Assembly: GCA_024239055.1 (NCBI GenBank)
Contig: JANBVJ010000001.1
Location: forward strand, 496,572-560,571
Direction: 5' to 3'
DNA from: Patescibacteria group bacterium
GTDB taxonomy: Bacteria; Patescibacteriota; Minisyncoccia; Minisyncoccales; UBA10102
DNA length: 64,000 bases
A program made the translations under genes and the position numbers. This document shows, in pieces, positions 53,095 through 60,930 of the stretch (position 1 is the first letter of the stretch; each line of letters begins with the position of its first letter). Under the pieces are notes generated by a model. The model saw only the letters and a program-made list of their open reading frames with translations. It searched no databases and was not told the DNA's origin.

Positions 53095-53556
53095 ATGCAA
53101 CATATATTTAAACGACGTACAAAAGGTTTTACTTTAATTGAGCTTTTAGTTGTGATTGCGGTTATTGGAATGCTAGCATCTATTGTATTGGTTTCTTTGG
53201 GTCCTGCTCGTGAAAAGGCAAGGGATGCAAGGAGAAAGTCAGATATTCGTCAGATTTCCTTAGCCATGGAATTGTGTTATGACGATTCTGCTTGTGGAAC
53301 AGCAAGAGAGCAGTATCTTGCCATGTCAGCTGGGGCTAACGCGGTATCGGCGATTGGGACATATATGGATCCTGTACCTTCAGACCCTTCAGATTCCTCA
53401 CCAAATCAATATATTTGGGTTAGTAATGCAGGTAATCTGGATAAATTCTGTGTGTCTGCGAAGTTGGAAAACGAGGCAAATACATGGATTGCGGCTTCTG
53501 AAAAAGGAACGAGATTTGACCTTACAGCAGTCCCGGCAGCAATACCATGCTGGTAA
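53095..53556 (+). CDS. Type IV pilin, paralog 2
   Basis: RTKG|FTLIELLVVIAVIGML, ARDARRKSDIRQISLAMEL and C-terminal cysteines. Confidence 0.85.
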   Translation: MQHIFKRRTKGFTLIELLVVIAVIGMLASIVLVSLGPAREKARDARRKSDIRQISLAMELCYDDSACGTAREQYLAMSAGANAVSAIGTYMDPVPSDPSDSSPNQYIWVSNAGNLDKFCVSAKLENEANTWIAASEKGTRFDLTAVPAAIPCW

Positions 53557-53617
53557 ATGAAATTTGGAATTTAGTAACTAAAGGTCGTGTGAACGTAAAT
53601 AGATTAAACATACTACT

Positions 53618-54031
53618 ATGAAAAAAGGTTTTACGCTCATTGAGCTTTTGGTTGTTATTGCCATCATTGGAATTTTAGCTGGTATTGTACTTGTCTCTTT
53701 AGGTGGAGCTCGTAGTTCAGCTAGGGATGCAAGACGTCAGTCAGACATGCGTCAGGTTAGCACGGCACAAGAACTTTACTACAACGATAACGCCGCTTAC
53801 ATGTCTTCTGCATCAGCTCCATCTGATATTGGAACCTATCTTGCAACCTTTCCAACAGATCCTCAGGGATCAGCATATGGATGGGCAGATAACTCTAGTG
53901 ATGCGCAGGATTACTGTGCTTATGCAACCTTAGAGAAGACAGGAACAGATACAGTTTATTTTGTAGCAGGACCTAATGGGGCAAAGGAAGTTGATTCAGC
54001 ATCAGCTCCAACACTCGCCTCTTGTGAGTAG
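53618..54031 (+). CDS. Type IV pilin, paralog 3
   Basis: MKKG|FTLIELLVVIAIIGIL, ARDARRQSDMRQVSTAQEL and C-terminal cysteines. Confidence 0.85.
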   Translation: MKKGFTLIELLVVIAIIGILAGIVLVSLGGARSSARDARRQSDMRQVSTAQELYYNDNAAYMSSASAPSDIGTYLATFPTDPQGSAYGWADNSSDAQDYCAYATLEKTGTDTVYFVAGPNGAKEVDSASAPTLASCE

Positions 54032-54052
54032 TTTGGTTGTTGAGAAATAGAG

Positions 54053-54083
54053 GATGCCCTTCTGTTGGAGGGCATTTTCTTTT
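54053..54083 (+). terminator. Rho-independent terminator after the pilin genes
   Basis: ATGCCCT-TCTGTTGG-AGGGCAT followed by TTTTCTTTT. Confidence 0.6.
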
Positions 54084-54159
54084 GCCCAAATCAGGTTTAG
54101 TTTACTGGTATACATAATAGTTGACATCATTTTTAGGATTGATACGATGTATATATGAT

Positions 54160-54326
54160 ATGGCAACAATCACCATTCCCAAAAATTTGCTCAGAAAGAC
54201 GATCTCGTAGTAATTCCTCGCAAGCAATACGAGACGCTTTTGGAAATTGTAGAGAAGAAAACGCTTGACGCAGATATCCAGAAGTCTCTGGAAGATTACA
54301 AAGAAGGAAGGTATTACTCCGCATAA
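54160..54326 (+). pseudogene. Frameshifted small antitoxin-like gene
   Basis: MATITIPKNLLRK (frame of 54160) stops after 17 codons. The -1 frame continues KDDLVVIPRKQYETLLEIVEKKTLDADIQKSLEDYKEGRYYSA*. A single missing A in AGAAAGAC would join the two frames. Confidence 0.4.
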
Positions 54327-54458
54327 GTGGTGTTACGACTTTGAGGGATTACAGTACCTTCTCAAACACTCAAAAGTATTTAAAGATATAAGAAGACTCA
54401 CGACTTAAGATGAACTTGCAAGCACTCCATTTATCCATAATAGACCAGAAGAAGATGT

Positions 54459-54890
54459 ATGCGTGATTGCAAGAAAAAAATAGATATTCCAGAGAAACAT
54501 CCGAATGTTTCAGTGAAGGCTGTCTTAAAATGGAAGAATAAGATTCTTATTTTACAGCATGGAAATGGATCAATAGACTTTCCAGGGGGAAGGATGGAGT
54601 TTAAAGAAACACTCTTGGGAACGTTACGTCGAGAATTAGAAGAGGAGCTTAACTATACTCTCTCAGAAGAACCAGAGTTGTTTGATGTTTGGAATTACAT
54701 TTCCAAAAACAAAAGACGCCACAGTGTATTAATATTCTATATTGTAGAACTATTGGAACAACCAAAAAACATGTCTCTTGAGAGAGGGGTTACTGCTTTG
54801 TGGCTGACAAAAGATCAATTTCTACAAAAGAATATAATTCAAAATCGCGACTTTCTTGAAAAACTATTTCGTTGGCAAAAGGCAGGATAA
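54459..54890 (+). CDS. NUDIX hydrolase
   Basis: Nudix box GGRMEFKETLLGTLRRELEEELN. Confidence 0.8.
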   Translation: MRDCKKKIDIPEKHPNVSVKAVLKWKNKILILQHGNGSIDFPGGRMEFKETLLGTLRRELEEELNYTLSEEPELFDVWNYISKNKRRHSVLIFYIVELLEQPKNMSLERGVTALWLTKDQFLQKNIIQNRDFLEKLFRWQKAG

Positions 54891-55019
54891 CATAATCTTA
54901 ATACAAGCCGTTATTGGAATTCAATATACCAAAAAGAACTCAAAAATGGAGATATACTGCAAGCAGATTATCATCGGAATTACCAGTGGTAAGAAGTTTG
55001 GTATACTATTCTTATATAT

Positions 55020-55766
55020 ATGATACTCGTTGTATTTATTCTTGGGTTGATTATCGGAAGTTTCATGAATGCCGTGATTTGGCGTATGGGAACAGGGTTG
55101 AGTGTGCTGAAGGGACGCTCTGTCTGTCCTCACTGCAAGCACACCCTCAGACTGACAGACCTCATTCCTGTAGTGAGTATCGTATTGCTGCGCGGGAAGT
55201 GCCGGTACTGTAGCAAACCAATATCTATTCAATATCCTGTAGTGGAAGTAGCAACAGGTTTTATATTTGCCTTTTTACTTTGGTTTATTGGATTAAATAT
55301 ATTAGAGCTTCTAGTTTTATGGATTCTAGCATCTCTTTTAATTGTTATCTTTGTGTATGACCTTAAGCATTTTATTATTCCAGATACCATGGTGTTTGGG
55401 TCTATATTTTTGGCTGTAGTATGGCAGGTTATACAGGGAGATATAATCTCAGGTTTAATTTCAGGTATTGGGGCCGCAGCCTTCTTCTTTTTGTTATTCT
55501 TTATTTCCAAAGGAACATGGATGGGGTTTGGAGACGTAAAGTTAGCTTTGTTTATGGGTTTATTCCTTGGTTGGCCCAATATTATTGTTGCCTTGTTTAT
55601 AGCTTTTCTTGTGGGGGCTATGGTTGGTGTTGCGCTTGTTGCATTAAAAAAGAAAGGAATGCGCTCTGAGGTTCCATTTGGTCCTTTTCTTTTATTTGGT
55701 AGTGCTATTGCCTTTGTATTGGGGAATACTCTTGTTGATTGGTATTACAATCTGCTGATGGTATAA
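55020..55766 (+). CDS. pilD: Prepilin peptidase (A24 family) PilD
   Basis: N-terminal Cys motif CPHCKHTL...CRYC, polytopic TM helices and catalytic-Asp contexts (VYDLKHFIIPD, MGFGDVKL). Confidence 0.9.
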   Translation: MILVVFILGLIIGSFMNAVIWRMGTGLSVLKGRSVCPHCKHTLRLTDLIPVVSIVLLRGKCRYCSKPISIQYPVVEVATGFIFAFLLWFIGLNILELLVLWILASLLIVIFVYDLKHFIIPDTMVFGSIFLAVVWQVIQGDIISGLISGIGAAAFFFLLFFISKGTWMGFGDVKLALFMGLFLGWPNIIVALFIAFLVGAMVGVALVALKKKGMRSEVPFGPFLLFGSAIAFVLGNTLVDWYYNLLMV

Positions 55767-55806
55767 TATAACAAGGTCAAGTTTATATATTAAAATTACA
55801 TAATTT

Positions 55807-56238
55807 ATGCCAAACGTAAATCAAATTATTATTGGAATCATCGTTATTGTAATTGTGGTCGTTGGAATCTTCCTCTTCTCTACAGGAAAGATTACTTTAG
55901 TAGAAAGCCCTGAGGAGGATACATTAGCTGCTGAAACCTTTAGTCTAGCGGGTAAGGTAATGTCAGTGGATGCTGGCAATAACTCTTTTGTAATGACAGA
56001 TGGGCAGAGTAAGCAGGAGTTTACGATTAAAATAGGAGATGAAACCGAGTTTATACGCCTTGGCTTTCCATTTGATCCAGCTTCTCCTCCAGAGAATATT
56101 GAATCATTTGTGCCAGAGCGTTTAGATACTACAATTGAAGAATTAGTAGAAGGAGACTTTGTCTTTGTTCGTTCTTCTCATCAAGTAGAATCAGGGAAAG
56201 AAGTTGTAGATCCTATTGAGATTCAGATATTACCGTAA
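55807..56238 (+). CDS. Hypothetical N-terminally anchored small protein
   Basis: 143 aa with a single N-terminal TM helix and no recognisable motifs. Confidence 0.4.
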   Translation: MPNVNQIIIGIIVIVIVVVGIFLFSTGKITLVESPEEDTLAAETFSLAGKVMSVDAGNNSFVMTDGQSKQEFTIKIGDETEFIRLGFPFDPASPPENIESFVPERLDTTIEELVEGDFVFVRSSHQVESGKEVVDPIEIQILP

Positions 56239-56326
56239 TAGTTTAAAGTAGATGAAGACATTAATCAAGCCTTTCAAGGTCGGCAATACTGGAAAATTGT
56301 AGATTTATACACTTTAATACAATACA

Positions 56327-56743
56327 ATGCGAACCACAAATTTTGGGTTATTCATTATCGTAGGACTCATCTTATTAGGATTGGGTTACGGATTTGCACA
56401 GCTCACAATTCAAGAACAACAAACAGGTACTACAATCTCTCTTCCTAATTTCCCCCTTATTCAGGAGTGGAAATCTGTTGCTATTGGAGACGTAGTTGAG
56501 ATTACAGATCTGTCTCTCATCATTTCTTCTGAGGGCTCCACTCTCACTATTCCGTTTTCCGAGGAGGTTGAGATTAGTAAAAGTATTACGATTGGAGATG
56601 AATTGATTGAGGAAGTGAAAAATCTTACTACTCAAGATATAAAAGTAGGGGATAGGATAATTTCTGTTATTTCTATAGATACTGAAGGGAATCTTCGAAC
56701 CGATGATGTTAGTATTCTCGAGATACAGCAAGAGCAAGAGTAA
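56327..56743 (+). CDS. Hypothetical N-terminally anchored small protein
   Basis: 138 aa with a single N-terminal TM helix and no recognisable motifs. Confidence 0.4.
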   Translation: MRTTNFGLFIIVGLILLGLGYGFAQLTIQEQQTGTTISLPNFPLIQEWKSVAIGDVVEITDLSLIISSEGSTLTIPFSEEVEISKSITIGDELIEEVKNLTTQDIKVGDRIISVISIDTEGNLRTDDVSILEIQQEQE

Positions 56744-56763
56744 TATCATAACGCCCTTTTCCA

Positions 56764-59700
56764 ATGGTGCTGGTTTTACAACATAAGAAGTACTTCGTTT
56801 TTATACTCGTAATCTTGGGTATAGTTGGAGGTGTTTTATTTGCGGTAGTCTTGCCCAATATTCCTGTAGCCGACGCAGCTATTAGTTGTTCATGGCAGGA
56901 CTGCAAAAATATATGGGTTCCAGAAGAATGGGGTCAGGAGTGGGATTCCTGTAAGACCACCACAGACCAGTGTTCCGGTGGCTGGGTATATGATAGCTGT
57001 AAGTACACCACAGCCCAGTGTTCCGGTGGCTGGGTATATGATAGCTGTAAAACCAGCACATGGGTCTGTTTTTCTGAAATAGGTTTTTGCTACCAGGAAT
57101 GTTCCGGCGGTTGGGTATGGGATTCCTGTAAGACCACTACGCTCCAGTGTTCCGGCGGTTGGGTATGGGATTCCTGTAAGACCACCACAGACCAGTGTTC
57201 CGGTGGCTGGGTATATGATAGCTGTAAGACCACTACAGAAGTATGCCAGGGTGGGTATAAAGATGTGTTGGTTTCATCAGGATACTGGGATAATCAGTGT
57301 ACTACGAAATCAGAGACCTGTCCTTCTGATACAGCGACGACAATTTATAGTTGTGGAGATACTGGTTGTGTAGCTACTGCACGAGATACCCAGCCACCAT
57401 CAGGTTCAGTCTTAATTAATTCTGGTAGTACCTATACAAAATCAATATCGGTGACCCTTTCTCTTTCTTGCAGTGATAACTCAGGATCATGTTCAAAGAT
57501 GAGGATTGCCAATACCTTTTCTGGTGTGAGTAGTGCTACGATTCGTAGTTTCTCCACTTCAACTTCTTGGACTCTTTTATCAGGAGATGGAACAAAGGCA
57601 GTATATATTAAATATCAGGATAATTCTGGAAACTGGTCTAATACATTCGCAGACACCATTGTGTTGGATACGACTGTGCCGGATAAAGCTCCTACAGTAA
57701 GTATCTCAACAGATAAATCTTCTTATAAAATAGGGGAGAATATTAGCATTAAAGTCGTAGGGACGGATGATATCGATGTTAGCTCTGTGCAGGCATATTA
57801 TAATGGAAGTTGGCATACAACAATGTGTACTGGTATCCAAACAACTTGTACGCGTTTCTTTACTGCATCTGAGTCTTCCGCTGGTAGTTTTACCTATACG
57901 GGTAATGCATGGGATAATACAGGCCAGGGAGCATCTCCAAAGACTGTATCAATAACTATAGAGCAAACTGCTCAGTGTTCTGCGCCCATAAACCCAACAT
58001 GTAGTTATAACACAATAGAAAATACTCTCAATCTGCAGTGGAATCCTGTGAGTAACGCTACTACTTACAAGATGGAGTGGGCAAGAGTTGATAAATCCTA
58101 TGGAGATAGCACAGATACATTAGGGGGAACAAGTAGAATTGTGAGTAGTACCTCCAGTAATACTTTTGGGCTTAAGAGTAGTACGTTATACAAGCTACGT
58201 ACAAGAGTAGAGACTGGAAGTGCTTGCACACCCCCAGGTTTATGGAGCTCAGATATTGAATGTTCTACGGGTTCTTGCTCAAAAACCTCTTCTCTTCCTT
58301 CAAAGTCTGCTTCTGTGTCACTTCCAAATGGAAATTGTTCTTTAACAATTACTCCAATAGGATTTGATAGAAGCGATGAAAGTAGTGTCTCATACGAGGA
58401 ATTAAGCAGCGCAACGAACTCCGTCAGGGTCGGTATGGATGATAATCCAGTATTTGGCTGCGAAAATAATCTTAAATGGTCTACAGCGTGGGATAGAATA
58501 TCTGGCGAGTATAATTATACTGTGGGAGTTACCAATGTTGACTATGATAAGAAGCCGACGCATGATCTCGGGTATGGATTTGAAATTTCTTCTTCCCAAT
58601 GTGTTATTAAAGATTTTGTGGATGCTTGTAGTACGGGTACCTGCTCATACGTTTTTCCAGAGAAAGTTTCAGATAGAAAAATGAAGATAACTTCTGTGTA
58701 TAGCGAGGGAAAGAATCTTCCTTACAATAACAGCGGATTTGGCTTTAATTTTGAGTTTGTTGAGTGTACTCAAAACTCACATTGTACTGCAGATGTAAAT
58801 AAGACAACGTGCAATGTTGGCATTACCACAGACTTACCACAAAATACCTGTATTAATCAAGATATAGAAGATGCTATTGTTAATTTAGATACACAAGCTC
58901 CTGTAGTTTCTATTACTGCAATTGAGGGTTGGCAGAAGTCAAATCCAAGTATTGCAGTAGGGTTTACCGACAATGTGAGTTTAAATAGAGCAGAGTATAG
59001 GGTAGATAAAGCAATCTGGAAGCAGAATCCAGATACCGAGTGGCAGAAAACCAATGAGATACTAAATGCTATTACTTCCATAAGTGCTAAAGTATCTTTT
59101 AGTATTGATACCAGACTTTGGAATAATCTTGCAGATGGAACATATACTGTCTCAGTTCGCGTCTTTGATGATGCAGGCCTTAGGAGTAGTGTGGAATCTA
59201 TTGAGATAAAAAAGGATACAAAAGCACCTGGTATTGAGACACAAAAACTTAGTTTATGGTATACAACAATACCGCCTCAACTCTTCCCTGTTTTTTCTGA
59301 TAATATCGAGTTAAATAGTGCGCAGTATAGGATTGGAATATCAGGAACATGGACAATAATTCCTGGATTTATCAGTAATAGCTCAAAGAGTTTTTCAAAG
59401 CTTTTTAGGCCAGATGGATCAGAAGATATTAAAGATTGGGAGAAAATTCTAGATGGAATAGATCGGAGAATATATATTCGAGCATGTGATAGTGCCAATA
59501 ATTGTACTGGGTATGATAACTTTAAATTCTTTTCTGTGAAGAAGGATATTACACCTCCGACAATTAAATTGAATAAATTAATTGCAAACTCTGATCCTGG
59601 TGCTGAGCTTAAAGATAAGAGATTGCGTTGGATTAATGATGAAGGGTTTACTTTTACCACATCAGAAACTGATGCCACATCAGGTCTTGCATCTTGTAGT

Positions 59701-59901
59701 TATAAATTACAGAGTAGTACTGGAGCAATAACAAATACATTTATCTGTAATTCTACTTCGTTAAGCGTACCTATAGCATCTGCCTGTGCAATAGAAGGTA
59801 AGGGAGAATGTATACTTTATATTACAGTTATTGATAAGGCAGGAAATCCGAAAACTTATAAACCAATATATTTAAGTATTGATAGAACTTCTCCTAGATA
59901 A
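56764..59901 (+). CDS. Giant surface protein with N-terminal Cys-rich 16-aa tandem repeats and Ig/FN3-like domains
   Basis: 1045 aa with an N-terminal TM helix, six DSCKTTTxQCSGGWVx units, repeated beta-domain modules and D-AGN motifs (VFDDAGLRS, VIDKAGNP). Confidence 0.75.
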   Translation: MVLVLQHKKYFVFILVILGIVGGVLFAVVLPNIPVADAAISCSWQDCKNIWVPEEWGQEWDSCKTTTDQCSGGWVYDSCKYTTAQCSGGWVYDSCKTSTWVCFSEIGFCYQECSGGWVWDSCKTTTLQCSGGWVWDSCKTTTDQCSGGWVYDSCKTTTEVCQGGYKDVLVSSGYWDNQCTTKSETCPSDTATTIYSCGDTGCVATARDTQPPSGSVLINSGSTYTKSISVTLSLSCSDNSGSCSKMRIANTFSGVSSATIRSFSTSTSWTLLSGDGTKAVYIKYQDNSGNWSNTFADTIVLDTTVPDKAPTVSISTDKSSYKIGENISIKVVGTDDIDVSSVQAYYNGSWHTTMCTGIQTTCTRFFTASESSAGSFTYTGNAWDNTGQGASPKTVSITIEQTAQCSAPINPTCSYNTIENTLNLQWNPVSNATTYKMEWARVDKSYGDSTDTLGGTSRIVSSTSSNTFGLKSSTLYKLRTRVETGSACTPPGLWSSDIECSTGSCSKTSSLPSKSASVSLPNGNCSLTITPIGFDRSDESSVSYEELSSATNSVRVGMDDNPVFGCENNLKWSTAWDRISGEYNYTVGVTNVDYDKKPTHDLGYGFEISSSQCVIKDFVDACSTGTCSYVFPEKVSDRKMKITSVYSEGKNLPYNNSGFGFNFEFVECTQNSHCTADVNKTTCNVGITTDLPQNTCINQDIEDAIVNLDTQAPVVSITAIEGWQKSNPSIAVGFTDNVSLNRAEYRVDKAIWKQNPDTEWQKTNEILNAITSISAKVSFSIDTRLWNNLADGTYTVSVRVFDDAGLRSSVESIEIKKDTKAPGIETQKLSLWYTTIPPQLFPVFSDNIELNSAQYRIGISGTWTIIPGFISNSSKSFSKLFRPDGSEDIKDWEKILDGIDRRIYIRACDSANNCTGYDNFKFFSVKKDITPPTIKLNKLIANSDPGAELKDKRLRWINDEGFTFTTSETDATSGLASCSYKLQSSTGAITNTFICNSTSLSVPIASACAIEGKGECILYITVIDKAGNPKTYKPIYLSIDRTSPR
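56941..57228 (+). repeat. 48-bp in-frame tandem repeat array (coding)
   Basis: A 63-bp block at 56941-57003 recurs exactly at 57166-57228. Intervening units have a 48-bp period, and one unit carries an insertion. Confidence 0.85.
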
Positions 59902-59910
59902 AAAGAAAGA

Positions 59911-59939
59911 CCTCTGAGTTCCTAATTCAGAGGCTTTTT
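59911..59939. terminator. Bidirectional terminator hairpin between convergent genes
   Basis: CCTCTGA-GTTCCTAAT-TCAGAGG followed by CTTTTT. It overlaps the last codons of the minus-strand gene. Confidence 0.55.
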
Positions 59940-60782
59940 GATTGTGGTCATCATCCAGGGTTCAAATCCAGCTGGGTGTACGTAGATGATGATGGAGTCT
60001 ATTGTCTCCTTGACCCTCAAACGACTGATCGGTTCATCTTCAACTGAGTCTGGAGGTACAGGATAGGATGCAAACTGCGTCCATGATTTCCCGTTGTCTT
60101 CAGACAAGATAAGCCAAGTACGATGCCCAGCCCTCCAAAGCAACTCATTCATTATGTCAGATGACACAACAATGTCCATGAAAGCAACAATAACATCATT
60201 GTCTTCATGGATATCCAGATTTACAGGATGAATAGCCGCAAACAACAAGTCGTTTAGTTCTGGGAAGAACTGCGATGCCCATTCTGCTGTTTCTTCCCCA
60301 GTGTTAGCTTTATAGGCGTACTGAGGGGTACCAGGTTGGAATGGAGGAATGGAATCAAGGTCTTCAACCTTTATCCAATCAACATCAAGCATTGGGAACG
60401 AAGTTGTAAATGGATCAACTTCAACCTGTTCCACCATAACTACTGCGGTAGGGATTGCTTTCTCCACTGCAGAAGTTTCCTCCACAATCACTGCATCAGA
60501 GATGAGTTTCTCTGTCGCAGGAGCTTTTTCAACTTGTTCCATCACAACTGCTGCATCAGAGATGGGTTTCTCTACCGCAGGAGCTTGCTTGAATACAGGT
60601 TGTTCCAGAGATGGTTTTTGTATCTCAGGAGCCACAACAAGTTCGTTCTGGCCTTGAGAGATAAAGAACCAAGTTGCTCCCACTATAATCGCCAGTACGA
60701 CGAGTATAATAGCTGGAAGATGACCAATAGGAGACGACTCATGCCGTCTCGCAACAGTTTCAGTTCTGTTTAGAATCGTCAT
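59922..60782 (-). CDS. Hypothetical membrane-anchored protein with internal A/V/E-rich repeats, in a higher-GC patch
   Basis: 286 aa with one TM helix near the N-terminus and repeated AVEKPISDAAVVMEQVEKA-type units. I recognise no family. Confidence 0.45.
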   Translation of the reverse strand: MTILNRTETVARRHESSPIGHLPAIILVVLAIIVGATWFFISQGQNELVVAPEIQKPSLEQPVFKQAPAVEKPISDAAVVMEQVEKAPATEKLISDAVIVEETSAVEKAIPTAVVMVEQVEVDPFTTSFPMLDVDWIKVEDLDSIPPFQPGTPQYAYKANTGEETAEWASQFFPELNDLLFAAIHPVNLDIHEDNDVIVAFMDIVVSSDIMNELLWRAGHRTWLILSEDNGKSWTQFASYPVPPDSVEDEPISRLRVKETIDSIIIYVHPAGFEPWMMTTIKKPLN

Positions 60783-60930
60783 GGTAGTGTCTCCTTCCCA
60801 TGTTCAATTTTTAAAGCTGCCAGGGTGGTAGCTGATTATATTATACCTTGTTAAATGGGGACTTGTCAAGGGCAAGCATTTCGTTTCTCTTTGTGAAGTG
60901 ATTTTATGGTATAATATACTAATTCTTCTT

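Noticed and set aside
52673-53933. Listed alternate-frame ORFs inside the three pilin genes (52673..52981, 52691..52882, 53279..53560, 53703..53933)
   Set aside because: The overlapping frames carrying the G|FTLIE prepilin motifs are clearly the real genes.
56941-57228. Possible CRISPR array, given the regular direct repeats
   Set aside because: The repeats are contiguous with no unique spacers, are in frame, and encode a Cys-rich peptide unit inside a long ORF. No cas genes are present.
60336-60773. Listed plus-strand ORFs 60336..60773 and 60349..60657
   Set aside because: They are antisense or alternate frames of the 286-aa minus-strand gene in a higher-GC patch.
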